A stretch of DNA of 64,000 nt from Nitrospirota bacterium. GTDB taxonomy: Bacteria > Nitrospirota > UBA9217. Every line of letters starts with the position of its first letter. Position 1 is the first letter of the stretch. The stretch is taken from assembly GCA_963737155.1 (NCBI GenBank), contig CAVTRN010000002.1, positions 2,880,001-2,944,000 of the forward strand, given 5' to 3'. Made by a program: the position numbers and the translations under genes. Below are positions 22,203 through 32,856 of the stretch, in pieces. The notes under the pieces are model-generated. The model was given only the letters and a program-made list of their open reading frames with translations, did no database searches and had not been told where the DNA came from.

Positions 22203-23366
22203 CTATTCGAGCGACAGGTCTTGCACCTGGCGCAGAACGTTATCCCGAATGCGGGAGGGGGGATCCTGGACAATCAACAGTTTCCCTTGGTCGAGCACCG
22301 GAAAAAGGAGATCGGTAAACACGCCACCGCAGGAGCATAAAATGTTCTCCAGTTCCATATTCGGTACGATCCTCCGCAGGCCGCATCGGGCGCATGCCAG
22401 GACACGTTTGCTTCCCGACCACTTGCCACGTTTTGCAAGCGGCATCCCGTCGATTTCAACAATGTCCATGGCAAAGTCGATGACCGGGGCATTGCTAATG
22501 GAAGTACCGATGCCATAACCATGAACGACAGGGTTCAGTACAGGGATATCTCCTTCGGTTATTCCCCCGCTCACAAAGAACTTCACGTGGCCCAAGCCGC
22601 GCAGATCAAGCTCCCACCGCGCTTCCTCGAGAATACGAAAGAAATCACCCCTGCGCGAGCCCGGCGTATCGAAGCGTACAGCGTACAGCTTTTCCCCTAG
22701 CGCCCGAGCCACATTCAATACTTCGAATTTTTCATCCTGGAATGTATCGATCAGCGCCACACGCTTCAGTTTCGGATCGAGGACTTCGTCATAAGCTTTA
22801 ATCGCTTCGAGAGTCGAGCCCATACACAATATCAGGGAATGGGGCATCGTGCCCATGGGATCCTCTCCGATCACTTCGCCGGACTTGACCACAGCGACAC
22901 CGTCGCAGCCGCCCACATAGGCATTCCGTTCAATCATGGGAGCAATTACGGGATGCATTCTGCGGGCGCCGAAGCTCATGACCAGTCGGTCTCCAGCCAG
23001 TTTTTTTATCCGGGCCGCCTGCGTGGAAATCCCCGAAGCCTGGCAGATCAGCCCGAGGAGCGCTGTTTCATAGACGCAGAAGTCCTGATACCGTCCTTCA
23101 ATTTCCATTACTGGCTCATAGGGATGAAAAACCGATCCCTCGCCCATAGTTCTTGTCTTGATCTTCAAGTGCCGCATGAGCTCCACGGCCTCACCAATTC
23201 CAGTCAGGAGCGCCCATCGCCAGTTTTTTGGAAGACTCTTTGCTATGAATTCAGCTTTTACGACTGGGTTGATTTTTTTCGCTTTCAGGATGGCAAGGGC
23301 CCGTTCGAAGTATACATCGGTGACATTTCCTGCAAGAATATCTCTTGTGTCAGCAGTAAGAAACAT
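22203..23366 (-). CDS. pncB: Nicotinate phosphoribosyltransferase
   Basis: TDVYF, SFGARR, GTMPH, RFDTPGSRRG motifs; adjacent to nicotinamidase. Confidence 0.92.
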   Translation of the reverse strand: MFLTADTRDILAGNVTDVYFERALAILKAKKINPVVKAEFIAKSLPKNWRWALLTGIGEAVELMRHLKIKTRTMGEGSVFHPYEPVMEIEGRYQDFCVYETALLGLICQASGISTQAARIKKLAGDRLVMSFGARRMHPVIAPMIERNAYVGGCDGVAVVKSGEVIGEDPMGTMPHSLILCMGSTLEAIKAYDEVLDPKLKRVALIDTFQDEKFEVLNVARALGEKLYAVRFDTPGSRRGDFFRILEEARWELDLRGLGHVKFFVSGGITEGDIPVLNPVVHGYGIGTSISNAPVIDFAMDIVEIDGMPLAKRGKWSGSKRVLACARCGLRRIVPNMELENILCSCGGVFTDLLFPVLDQGKLLIVQDPPSRIRDNVLRQVQDLSLE

Positions 23367-23420
23367 AGAGCCTCCCTTGTAGAGGTTCGTTGAGTGTAGG
23401 GCACGAATCAAGGCTTGATT

Positions 23421-23984
23421 TCAAGCAGCTTTCTTTTTCCGGCTCCCTGCATCACGGGGGTTCCTGACCAGCTTCACTCCCATTACGTTTTTCATGATTC
23501 TGAGAGCTGCGTCATGATCTTCTTTCCTGATACCCGCGATCCCGTTCTCCACGACAGTAACAGCGTAATCGCGGAGGACCGCATCGGAAGCAGTGAACAG
23601 CACGCAGATGTGGGTCACGTCGCCGGTGAGCGTGAGGGAATCAACGCCGATATGCCTCAGCGTTTCGTCAAGGTTCGTCCCGAAAAATCCAGAATAAGTC
23701 GTTTTGAGAATTACGATGTCGCTTTCGGCCGGTTTCAATTCTTCGACGACCTCAGCACCCTTGCTTCCCTTCACCGCATGGGCGGGCCAACCGAATTTTC
23801 TGAACTCTTTGTCGTCGGAGACATGAGCATCACAGATGAAGATTACCGGCTGTCCCGCGGCATGAGCGTCATCAATTTCGCGCCTGATGACCGGAATGAT
23901 GGTCCGCGTCTCCGGAACCTCCAGTGGCGCGCCCGGAAGAACGAAATCGTTCAGCATATCTATTACAAGCAAGGCTTCTTTCAT
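23421..23984 (-). CDS. pncA: Nicotinamidase / cysteine hydrolase (copy 1)
   Basis: IDMLNDF, D.H...WP.H, K..YSGF, catalytic IC; upstream of pncB. Confidence 0.85.
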   Translation of the reverse strand: MKEALLVIDMLNDFVLPGAPLEVPETRTIIPVIRREIDDAHAAGQPVIFICDAHVSDDKEFRKFGWPAHAVKGSKGAEVVEELKPAESDIVILKTTYSGFFGTNLDETLRHIGVDSLTLTGDVTHICVLFTASDAVLRDYAVTVVENGIAGIRKEDHDAALRIMKNVMGVKLVRNPRDAGSRKKKAA

Positions 23985-24135
23985 GAGATATCACCTCCTT
24001 GCATATTCGCTTACTTTACAAGTTTATCAATTCGGTGACATTTCCTGCAAGAATATCTCTTGTGTCAGCAGTAAGAAACATAGAGCCTCCCTTGTAGAGG
24101 TTCGTTGAGTGTAGGGCACGAATCAAGGCTTGATT

Positions 24136-24699
24136 TCAAGCAGCTTTCTTTTTCCGGCTCCCTGCATCACGGGGGTTCCTGACCAGCTTCACTCCCATTA
24201 CGTTTTTCATGATTCTGAGAGCTGCGTCATGATCTTCTTTCCTGATACCCGCGATCCCGTTCTCCACGACAGTAACAGCGTAATCGCGGAGGACCGCATC
24301 GGAAGCAGTGAACAGCACGCAGATGTGGGTCACGTCGCCGGTGAGCGTGAGGGAATCAACGCCGATATGCCTCAGCGTTTCGTCAAGGTTCGTCCCGAAA
24401 AATCCAGAATAAGTCGTTTTGAGAATTACGATGTCGCTTTCGGCCGGTTTCAATTCTTCGACGACCTCAGCACCCTTGCTTCCCTTCACCGCATGGGCGG
24501 GCCAACCGAATTTTCTGAACTCTTTGTCGTCGGAGACATGAGCATCACAGATGAAGATTACCGGCTGTCCCGCGGCATGAGCGTCATCAATTTCGCGCCT
24601 GATGACCGGAATGATGGTCCGCGTCTCCGGAACCTCCAGTGGCGCGCCCGGAAGAACGAAATCGTTCAGCATATCTATTACAAGCAAGGCTTCTTTCAT
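24136..24699 (-). CDS. pncA: Nicotinamidase / cysteine hydrolase (identical copy 2)
   Basis: Identical translation to copy 1. Confidence 0.75.
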   Translation of the reverse strand: MKEALLVIDMLNDFVLPGAPLEVPETRTIIPVIRREIDDAHAAGQPVIFICDAHVSDDKEFRKFGWPAHAVKGSKGAEVVEELKPAESDIVILKTTYSGFFGTNLDETLRHIGVDSLTLTGDVTHICVLFTASDAVLRDYAVTVVENGIAGIRKEDHDAALRIMKNVMGVKLVRNPRDAGSRKKKAA

Positions 24700-24789
24700 G
24701 AGATATCACCTCCTTGCATATTCGCTTACTTTACAAGTTTATCAATATGGAATGCCATTTGCAAGTGAGAGGCTGGTTGTATGGCGGCA

Positions 24790-25040
24790 ATCAGGGAAAA
24801 ACTGTTCGACGTTGATCTACTCATTGATACAGGATAAACCATGCGCGCACTGCTCAGGCTCTTTAGAGACCGGAATCCCGCGAGCCTTGTCATCGACGTT
24901 CCGCTAGATAAGACGATGACGTACAAGAAGTCGATTGATGTTCCCGTTGCATACAAAGGGTTTCAAAGTTCCCGATGAATTTATGGCCGGTTAGCGAGCT
25001 GGGCAGCGGGAGCAATATCGGAACTTTCCCTGTGTAACAG
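24790..25040 (+). pseudogene. hpt: Hypoxanthine phosphoribosyltransferase C-terminal remnant
   Basis: Manual translation LIDTG*TMRALLRLFRDRNPASL...LDK...DVPVAY, then KGFKVPDEFMAG*...QYRNFP with stops and frameshift, matching the Hpt C-terminus. Confidence 0.7.
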
Positions 25041-25138
25041 TTCTTGAAACGGATGCTGAATAAAATACCTACCCAAGTTATTTCTACCACTGCTCCTGGT
25101 TCAAGAAAACGCATCGCTTTTTGTTCCGCAGTCGATGG

Positions 25139-25762
25139 TTACACTCTCATCCTCCACCGCGGGATAAATCGCGGCACCAGCATCATATACTGCCGATACT
25201 GATTACCAAAATTCTTCAGAAAGCGTCGTTCTTCTATGAACATGCCGAACAGAAAATAAAGGTCTGCAAGACCCGTAACCATCAGTCCGTTGACGGTAAT
25301 ATGAGGGTTGCAGGTGAAGACCACCAGCCCAGAGAAATAGAGAGGATGACGGACGATCCCGTAGACACCGTTCGTAACCAGCCCCTTCTGCGTCTGTCCC
25401 TCAATATTTCCGGTTACCTCATTGCGGGAAACATATCGCCAGATCTGTTTGAAACCCATGAATTCCCAGATATCCAAATATTCAAATGCAAGCGATCCGA
25501 AGACGAAGCCTGCGATCCGAACACTGTACATAATCCAGTATAGCCATAGGGGGGCTGACCAAAGCTCCTGATCCGGCAACCGGTGAATAAAGGAAAATGC
25601 GATGACTGCAGTTGCGAAACTGACGGTATTGTAGAAGGCACGGTAAAAAACCCGCATAAAGGTATCACCGAAAAGGCTCTTGCAAACATGCTTGAACTTT
25701 TGCGTGACCGTTATGCTGTGGATTAAGGCGAAGACCAGGAAAATGAGGGTGACAGAAATCAT
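25139..25762 (-). CDS. ICMT/NnrU-like membrane methyltransferase family protein (MddA-like)
   Basis: Multi-TM; LVTNGVYGIVRHPLY, EERR...FG..Y..Y...VPRFIP. Confidence 0.8.
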   Translation of the reverse strand: MISVTLIFLVFALIHSITVTQKFKHVCKSLFGDTFMRVFYRAFYNTVSFATAVIAFSFIHRLPDQELWSAPLWLYWIMYSVRIAGFVFGSLAFEYLDIWEFMGFKQIWRYVSRNEVTGNIEGQTQKGLVTNGVYGIVRHPLYFSGLVVFTCNPHITVNGLMVTGLADLYFLFGMFIEERRFLKNFGNQYRQYMMLVPRFIPRWRMRV

Positions 25763-25901
25763 GATAGAAAAGGTGCAAGGATCATGATTCCAGGCTCTAC
25801 GCCGAATTTTGAACTCTGCACCTTAGGCCTTAAACTGCTTTTTTCACTCCGTACATTGTCTTTATTACTCAAAACCATGAATCCTGTCCAAGTATTTTAT
25901 T

Positions 25902-27461
25902 TTATTCGCCTCTGATCAACTCTGCAACAGCGCGTTGAATTTCGTCCATCCGGTCATACGCCGCAATTCGCACATCATAGTCGCTGAACTGGTCAAGAAC
26001 ATAGGGGCTGTCGAAGGAAACGAGAGCTGTTTTCCCTCCTAATTCCCGAGTCGCGTGAAGGATGCGGGCCGCTTTCTCACGAAGCTTGTCAGTGATCCCC
26101 GAACGCCCCTTGGACGCCGTTATGCGGGAAAAGAACGCCAGAACTGTGAGGTCCGCCGCCCGAACGCTGTCCAGAACAAGGGATTCAGGCGTCTCCGCTC
26201 CCGGTGTCAGGACTAGCACGGTCAAATTTCTGAAACGGTCCCGCATAGCATGAATGAAGACGTTCCCCGATTCAGTATCGTTGTCATCATCGAGAATGAA
26301 GCAGGCAATGCCTACGTTCGAGGGCAGACTAAGCTGCTTCTTATTACCAAATTCAATGTGTAATGCCTTTCGACCAATTTCCCTCGCAATGGCTCCGTGC
26401 TTGCGGTAATCGATCTGGGGCACCACGGCGCTGGTTTTATCGAAAAGACCCAGGCTGATCTTGGCTGCCCTGATCCGATCGCAAGACTCTCTGATCCGCT
26501 CCCTAGTCAATCTCCCCTGCTCCACGGCAGCCACAACCGCAGCAATGGTCGCATCAGCATCAGACGGATGAAGCAGGATATCCATTCCAGCTTCCACAGC
26601 TCGTACGGCTATCTCGCCTTGCGAATAGGAACCTGCGAGTGCGCCCATGTCAAGGGCGTCAGAAACAATCAAACCATTGAATTCCATTCCTTCCCGCAGA
26701 AGTGCTGTGACGGTTTTTTTCGAGAATGTTGTCGGTTTTTCCGGGTCGAGGGCAGGCACGAGTAAATGAGCGATCATAACCATTCTCACACCGTCTTTCA
26801 CCGCTTCCCGGAATGGCGGGAGCTCGATCTGGTTTAGCCGCTGTCTCTCGGCCTTGATTACAGGCAAAACGGAATGGGAATCCTTGTCTGTGTCTCCATG
26901 TCCTGGGAAATGCTTGGCGCAGGCTAGAAGCTTAACCCTGCCTCTTCCCGAGGGTTTTTGCAAGCGCTTGATGTATTGTGAACCAAACCATTCAACAATC
27001 TCTGGTTCATCGCCGAAAGCTCGGGTGCAGATAATCGGGTTATCCGCATTATTGTTTACGTCTAGCACCGGCGAAAAGACCGCATGGATACCCGCGGCGC
27101 GCGTCTCGATGCGGACTGCGTCGAGCATGTGATTCAGAAGATCAACATCTTTTTTTGACCGACGGTTTATTGCAGAAGCTACCGCGCGCTGGCCCGGGAA
27201 CCGAGTACCCCCGACCAGTTGCTGACCAAGCCCACGCTCCACATCTGATGCTATCAGGAGCGGTACCTCCGAGAGATCCTGAAGCAAATGCAACTGTTTC
27301 GGCGTCCGTTCAACGGAGCCGCCAAACAGGATGAAACCACCGATCCCGTTCTCTATCAGTTCCTGCACTTGCGGTAGATACCTAGCGTCGCTGAGCTTCT
27401 CACCGTCGAGCCTCGGCATCACCATCTGGGCGACATCCTGGCGCAATGATTGTGTCGTCAT
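25902..27461 (-). CDS. nagZ: GH3 beta-N-acetylhexosaminidase
   Basis: KHFPGHG....DSH NagZ signature, SDALDM. Confidence 0.88.
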   Translation of the reverse strand: MTTQSLRQDVAQMVMPRLDGEKLSDARYLPQVQELIENGIGGFILFGGSVERTPKQLHLLQDLSEVPLLIASDVERGLGQQLVGGTRFPGQRAVASAINRRSKKDVDLLNHMLDAVRIETRAAGIHAVFSPVLDVNNNADNPIICTRAFGDEPEIVEWFGSQYIKRLQKPSGRGRVKLLACAKHFPGHGDTDKDSHSVLPVIKAERQRLNQIELPPFREAVKDGVRMVMIAHLLVPALDPEKPTTFSKKTVTALLREGMEFNGLIVSDALDMGALAGSYSQGEIAVRAVEAGMDILLHPSDADATIAAVVAAVEQGRLTRERIRESCDRIRAAKISLGLFDKTSAVVPQIDYRKHGAIAREIGRKALHIEFGNKKQLSLPSNVGIACFILDDDNDTESGNVFIHAMRDRFRNLTVLVLTPGAETPESLVLDSVRAADLTVLAFFSRITASKGRSGITDKLREKAARILHATRELGGKTALVSFDSPYVLDQFSDYDVRIAAYDRMDEIQRAVAELIRGE

Positions 27462-27889
27462 GTCGCCTATTTTCTCTTTTTCTCCGGGCCATTGCAAGCT
27501 TTTTTATTTAATACCATAGTTGGTAAACCGCATTCATGTTTCAGTATATCAGACGTTCCAGATCGATTTTGAAAGTCGAAGGCGAATTCATCCGCGCAGG
27601 GTAAACGCCGCATCAACAGAAAAGCAGGTCGTTACGAGCATTGTCACCCGCACCGGCCATCGGGGGATAAAGAAGATCGTCAAATTTTTCGATACCAGAA
27701 AGATCATGAGGAAGGTTCGCGGTGCCTGCATCGATATCAGAAAGAGTTATTACATGGCAAAACCGTCACCAAACTTATCCTGACATCCTAACCCGCGCCT
27801 CGGCTTTCGATTTCTCCCTTTCCTCTTTTTCGCACCCATGATATACTAAAATCCGGGATGAACAGATTCGATCAGCAAGGGAGCATGCC

Positions 27890-28690
27890 GTGGATGAGAT
27901 GCTTTTTGACCATGATACCTACAAAACAAAAACACGCAGACTTTCCAGTGCAGCCCGCCTGATACCATCGCTCCTATTTTACAGTCACCTACTAAGGATC
28001 GTCAGACAGGCCAGCAAACAAGCAAAACAAGGCCGGTATGACACCACGGAATGGTCCGCAAGCAGCCTAGCGATTCTCCGTGCGCTTGAGCAGGTTGGAA
28101 TCAGCGTAGAGATCTCCGGAATCGAACACTTCCGTGCTGTTGCCGGTCCCTGTGTTTTTATCGGCAATCACATGAGCACACTGGAGACCTTTGTCCTTCC
28201 TGCGATCATCGCTCCGATCAAGGATACGACCTTCGTCGTCAAGCAGAGTCTTGTGGAATATCCCGTTTTCAAATATGTGATGCGTTCAAGAAATCCCATC
28301 ACCGTCGGTCGGTCTAATGCACGCGATGACTTGAAAACCGTCTTGGAGGGCGGCGTCGACCGGCTTAAGCTAGGCATGTCAATCGTCATATTTCCACAAA
28401 CAACACGGACAGCGGTCTTCGATCGGGATCAATTCAATACTATCGGGATCAAGCTTGCCAAAAAAGCGCACGTACCGGTAGTCCCTATAGCGCTCAAGAC
28501 CGATGCCTGGGGAAACGGCAGATACTTCAAGGATTTTGGCAAGATCAATCCGGCGGTAACCGTTCACTTTGCCTTCGGGGAGCCGCTTACAATCAAGGAC
28601 CGCGGCGTCGAAGAGCATCAACGGGTCATCGATTTCATAACAGGAAAACTAGGAGAATGGGGCGGGGAAAATCAAAACCGCGTGCTGTAA
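27890..28690 (+). CDS. Lysophospholipid acyltransferase (PlsC family)
   Basis: NHMSTLE (HX4D/E) motif, IFPQTTR, VPVVPIA. Confidence 0.85.
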   Translation: MDEMLFDHDTYKTKTRRLSSAARLIPSLLFYSHLLRIVRQASKQAKQGRYDTTEWSASSLAILRALEQVGISVEISGIEHFRAVAGPCVFIGNHMSTLETFVLPAIIAPIKDTTFVVKQSLVEYPVFKYVMRSRNPITVGRSNARDDLKTVLEGGVDRLKLGMSIVIFPQTTRTAVFDRDQFNTIGIKLAKKAHVPVVPIALKTDAWGNGRYFKDFGKINPAVTVHFAFGEPLTIKDRGVEEHQRVIDFITGKLGEWGGENQNRVL

Positions 28691-28702
28691 ATCCTCAAAA
28701 CA

Positions 28703-28728
28703 AGAGGGGCACATGATCGCGCCCCTCT
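28703..28728. terminator. Hairpin between convergent genes
   Basis: AGAGGGGC...GCCCCTCT. Confidence 0.55.
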
Positions 28729-28784
28729 GTCCGTTTGCAAATACCTGTCTGTGTCCGATCATCTTTCAGCGTCGAGCGTTCATG

Positions 28785-29492
28785 CTATTTTTTCGCCTTC
28801 GCCCCCACTTTTATCAGTTCAACTTCAAAGATCAGTGTGGAGTCTGGCCCAATTGTCCCTCCGGCACCCCGTTCGCCATAAGCTAGGCTCGAAGGAATAA
28901 ACAATTGCCACTTAGATCCCTCCTTCATCAGCTGCAACGCCTCAGTCCAACCTTTGATCACGCCGCTCACCGGGAATGTCGCCGGTTGGCCACGTTTATA
29001 GGAGCTATCAAACTCGGTGCCGTCGATCAACGTCCCGCGGTAATTGACCGTTACCATATCCGTTGCTAAAGGAGACTTGCCTTTCCCCTCAGTGATGATT
29101 TTATACTGAAGACCGTCGGGAAGGGTCTTCACCCCTTCTCGTTCCTTGTTCTTGGCGAGGAATTCTTCTCCTTCCTTCTTGTTTTTATCCGCCTGGGCTT
29201 GCGCCTTTTCACGCATCTTGGCCTGGATATCCTTCTGAAGCGCCATAATCATTTCACGGGCTTCGTCTTCGGTTAGAATCGTCTTCTTGCCGGCCAAACT
29301 GTCCCTGATTCCCTGTACAAGCGCATCAACGTCGATATCAATTGCATTCGTTTTCAGGTTAGTGGCCATGTTCATCCCAATCGCATAACTGGTTTTTTCC
29401 TTTTGTGTTTTTAACTCCGTTTTCTCCTTTGCACATGCCGGGCTCACAACGAGCGCCATGCACAACGAAAAAATTACCACACGTGCATTCAT
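28785..29492 (-). CDS. FKBP-type peptidyl-prolyl isomerase (FkpA/Mip-like)
   Basis: Signal peptide, SYAIG dimerisation domain, YRGTLIDGTEFDSS, VIKGWTEALQLM. Confidence 0.93.
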   Translation of the reverse strand: MNARVVIFSLCMALVVSPACAKEKTELKTQKEKTSYAIGMNMATNLKTNAIDIDVDALVQGIRDSLAGKKTILTEDEAREMIMALQKDIQAKMREKAQAQADKNKKEGEEFLAKNKEREGVKTLPDGLQYKIITEGKGKSPLATDMVTVNYRGTLIDGTEFDSSYKRGQPATFPVSGVIKGWTEALQLMKEGSKWQLFIPSSLAYGERGAGGTIGPDSTLIFEVELIKVGAKAKK

Positions 29493-30245
29493 ACAATCTC
29501 CTTTTCCTGCTGAAATATTATTTCGGCACATGCATGAGCGTAATCGCACTTGCTGCCCCGAATATGCCCGTCGGCACATTGTCGCAAGACTATCAGCTTT
29601 GCCAGTGTTTGTCAATGATTGCAGTGTAACAGTACGGCAGGCGGGCAGAAATCAACTATTCCAAAACAGCGTCTCCAGCTGGCACAGGAGGAAGGACAAA
29701 TTTCTTAGACCCATCCCGCTTTTTCTCTCTGCTATGGGAGAAAAGCTTGATAATCGCAGGCCGCCGTGATCATTCAGATGCATCCCGACCAGCGATCTTT
29801 TTTTGTAAAGTGTAAATATTCTCATCGGCCGGATGCTGGGGCTTCGGAGTTCCCGTATGACTTGCAGACACTGGAATACACTGCCTTCAATGACCAAGAA
29901 TCGTGGTGGCCACGGAAAAGGGATATTGACAATTACCTAAACATTCTCATTATTCAATGCGTTTTTGAGATAACCTTCCCCATAGATTTCCAAAATGATT
30001 ATTTTGAGCAACCCTACTTACAGGGAAAATAAAGGTCCTCCCGGAACAAGTGCGGGAGGACCAAAATTTGTCATATATGGGATAGAATAAACCCCAGTAG
30101 CTAAGGTAGAAAGCCTTGCTTAGTCGGGGAGTTATCTTTTCATTGCGAAATCAGCCTATATCAACATATTGGAGGTTCTCACACTTAATCCTGAAGCGAC
30201 AAAATAAATAAAATATAAATAGTCAACGGCCCCTTTGCGTGATCT

Positions 30246-31313
30246 TCAGAATGAATAACGCACCCCTAAGGATGCTGTGTAACGCGGCGCAAGTTGTACC
30301 CCATTAAGATCTTGATAAACGGGCACTTGAAAGAAGCTATATATTGCAAACTGCTGACTGACAGACACAGTGATGCCGGGGCTGATATACAGCAATGTTC
30401 CACCAGTATTAATTTGATCCGCATTCGCTCCTTCATCATGCACAATGTATCGATAATTAAACTGAAGCAAGGGGGAAAGATTAGAAAAACCTGAGTAGAG
30501 TAAACCTAGTGTAAGGTTGAGTCCTTCACCCGGCTTGTATTGATCTCTTGAGTCCAGCGCTTTTTGATAGAGCGCCTGGGTGAAGTAGCTCACATTCTGG
30601 CTTAGGCCATCGGTATAATACACACCAACTATGGCATCGGTAGTGCCCGTCCCGGGTTGAAGACCACGATCTATAGGGACTTGGCCAGGAGCGGTTGGGT
30701 CAGTCGACGTAGCAGTATCAGTGTAACTTCCGGTCGGCAGCTTGAAACCAAAAAGAAATCCAATGTTGCGCCGTTGTGTCAAGCCCTGGTAACGACCCAA
30801 TACTTTTATATCGCCGATACTTGAAGTATGCGAGTTGTACTGCCCTCCTCCAGGCCCTGGGGTGTACCCATCCGATTCTGTTCCGAGTGTACTATGGTTT
30901 CGATTGATCCATGGTACTTGAACATTCACTCCCCAATCACTGCCAGTGGTGTAGTCGATTCCCATTGTGAAATAGTTGTTCACCGTGTATTTCTCGATTT
31001 CCTCGGTGCCACCTGTTTGGGGATCAGGAATTTTGCTAGCGACTGAAGGATCAATTGTTTTCGTTCCGCTCCGCAACTGATCCTGATCCAGATAATCCCA
31101 ACGAAAATCCATCTTTAGTCCTGGTGTACAAGAGAGCTGTTCGTTTTCCCAATCGGAACTCAATGTACAGCCACAACTTGCACAGGCCCTTGCATCTCTT
31201 GAAGATAATAGCAAGGTGCTTGCAACAACGATCAACGCTGCTATACTTTTAAACAAAGTTCGTCTAAATCTCGTAAGTTTAACTTTCCGAGAGAGGTGTC
31301 TTTTTACCTGCAT
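30246..31313 (-). CDS. Outer-membrane beta-barrel transporter with N-terminal CxxCxC motif
   Basis: Signal peptide ending ARA-CASCGC, KLPTG and QPGTGTTD motifs, terminal YSF. Confidence 0.75.
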   Translation of the reverse strand: MQVKRHLSRKVKLTRFRRTLFKSIAALIVVASTLLLSSRDARACASCGCTLSSDWENEQLSCTPGLKMDFRWDYLDQDQLRSGTKTIDPSVASKIPDPQTGGTEEIEKYTVNNYFTMGIDYTTGSDWGVNVQVPWINRNHSTLGTESDGYTPGPGGGQYNSHTSSIGDIKVLGRYQGLTQRRNIGFLFGFKLPTGSYTDTATSTDPTAPGQVPIDRGLQPGTGTTDAIVGVYYTDGLSQNVSYFTQALYQKALDSRDQYKPGEGLNLTLGLLYSGFSNLSPLLQFNYRYIVHDEGANADQINTGGTLLYISPGITVSVSQQFAIYSFFQVPVYQDLNGVQLAPRYTASLGVRYSF

Positions 31314-31338
31314 GATGAAGTCTCCTTTTTGATTAGTA

Positions 31339-31827
31339 CTATTGTTTCAACAATTCAACTATTTCTTTTTCATACATCTGTAGAAATTCCTTACCGAACC
31401 CTATATGCACAAATCGTATAACTCCGTCTTTGCCGATGATGCATGCTGTTGGCAACGTTCTAAGGTTATATCCTTTTCTGATGACGTTCTTTTTGTCGAC
31501 AAGAATCGTAAACGCAACCGGGGCCTTCTGGAGAAATTCGGTTACACGCTTTTCGGAAGAATCGATATCTATTCCTATTATTTCAAGCCCATCATTGCTA
31601 TATTTTTTATATAGTGCATCGAGTGCGGGAAGTTCTTCCCGGCATATATCACACCACGGCGCCCAGAAGTCAATAAACACTACTTTGCCCCTAAACTGCT
31701 TCAAGGTAACAACTTTGCCATCCACGTCAATGAGATTGAAATCCGATGCCAAGGTTCCAGTCTGACTGGCATTCGCAAAAACGGGCAGAGTCAACATCAG
31801 TGATAGTATTATGATGATGCTTTTCAT
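31339..31827 (-). CDS. TlpA-family thiol-disulfide oxidoreductase
   Basis: Signal peptide, FWAPWCDICREELP. Confidence 0.9.
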   Translation of the reverse strand: MKSIIIILSLMLTLPVFANASQTGTLASDFNLIDVDGKVVTLKQFRGKVVFIDFWAPWCDICREELPALDALYKKYSNDGLEIIGIDIDSSEKRVTEFLQKAPVAFTILVDKKNVIRKGYNLRTLPTACIIGKDGVIRFVHIGFGKEFLQMYEKEIVELLKQ

Positions 31828-32148
31828 TAACTGAATCTCCTATCATGTGTTCAAAATGCATCGGTGTCCGTAGGATAAAAATAAGCTTTCGTAAACTTGA
31901 TTAATTTTAGCATTGATCTTAAACCGCACATCCAGCTATTCTCCAGAAACTCTTAAAAATACTCCACTCCGGGAATATCGCACCTCGTAAATAGATGAAG
32001 GGTTGAACATTCACGAAGTGGAGTCAAGCTTTGAATGGGAGGATTTCTATATGAGAACCATTCTCAGAGATGCCATGCAGACGCATGCGTATATGCCCCT
32101 TCCTGCTGCGGGGCAACAAACTGACTCAAAAAATCGGCTGTGTGCAGA

Positions 32149-32433
32149 TTAGGCTTTTGGGGGACGTTCGTCTTGAAAGGCGGTTATGACAGGTTTGAAG
32201 AGTAGATTAACAATATCAGAAGTTTCTTGAATAACCAGAGGTATAGGATGAAAAGGGCACTCCTGTATGCAGGGCATGCCTCCCCTTGACGACAGGGCTG
32301 GAGTCGTTGAATGACATATGTCAAGATTGCCGATCATTGCATGCCCAACACTGTCGCACTTGAGAGAGAAAGAAGGTGGAATGGCGACGGTGAGAGCGAT
32401 AGCTAGAATCACTGTGATAGCTTGCCATTTCAT
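32149..32433 (-). CDS. Small exported Cys-containing protein, DUF2946/CutF-like
   Basis: Signal peptide, CH and CIQEC motifs, C-terminal ERPPKA; upstream of tlpA and the OM barrel gene. Confidence 0.65.
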   Translation of the reverse strand: MKWQAITVILAIALTVAIPPSFSLKCDSVGHAMIGNLDICHSTTPALSSRGGMPCIQECPFHPIPLVIQETSDIVNLLFKPVITAFQDERPPKA

Positions 32434-32439
32434 GAAATT

Positions 32440-32468
32440 ATATTATATGTAAAGGTGCATAATGTCAA
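32440..32468 (-). promoter_or_regulatory. Putative sigma70 promoter giving a leaderless mRNA
   Basis: TTGACA-17 bp-TAATAT only 6 nt before ATG 32433; no SD sequence. Confidence 0.55.
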
Positions 32469-32856
32469 CGTAAAGTTACAATTTTAACTTAGCGTTAATA
32501 AAAGTGGTGCTAATTTGCTGGATAGAAAAAGTTGTGTGGAATACGATGTGGAATCTGTAATTTCAAAATACTGGTGGAGCAGACATCTCCTATATCCCAC
32601 TTACGTAATATCAAAACCTCCAATCCCGTTATGACATAACGTCTCATGAAACGACGGAGTTGGTCATCGCGAGAAGGATGTAGATATATCCCAAGTCGCC
32701 TGTGCCAGCCGGAACTACCTCCCCTCTACCTGCAAGGAATCGAGTGGAGAACGTTTGGAAATTCTGGCCAGGCAAAAGGATAGCGGGGCTTGCGGCAACA
32801 AGCGCAACTCTCCCCCTCGCGGCCCTCACAGGACTCCACAGGCTGCGCTAAAGCAC

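Larger units (their letters stand above)
23317..24746. repeat. 715-bp direct tandem duplication (23317-24031 and 24032-24746)
   Basis: The two units look identical by inspection and give identical 187-aa ORFs offset by 715 bp. Confidence 0.92.

Noticed and set aside
27520-27783. 87-aa ORF between nagZ and the acyltransferase gene
   Set aside because: TTG start without RBS and atypical composition; the opposite strand also has stops
30033-30136. Hairpins GGTCCTCCCG/CGGGAGGACC and ACCCCAGTAGC...GTCGGGGAGT as an IS605/IscB-type RNA end
   Set aside because: Short, with no associated nuclease or transposase ORF; indistinguishable from terminators or debris
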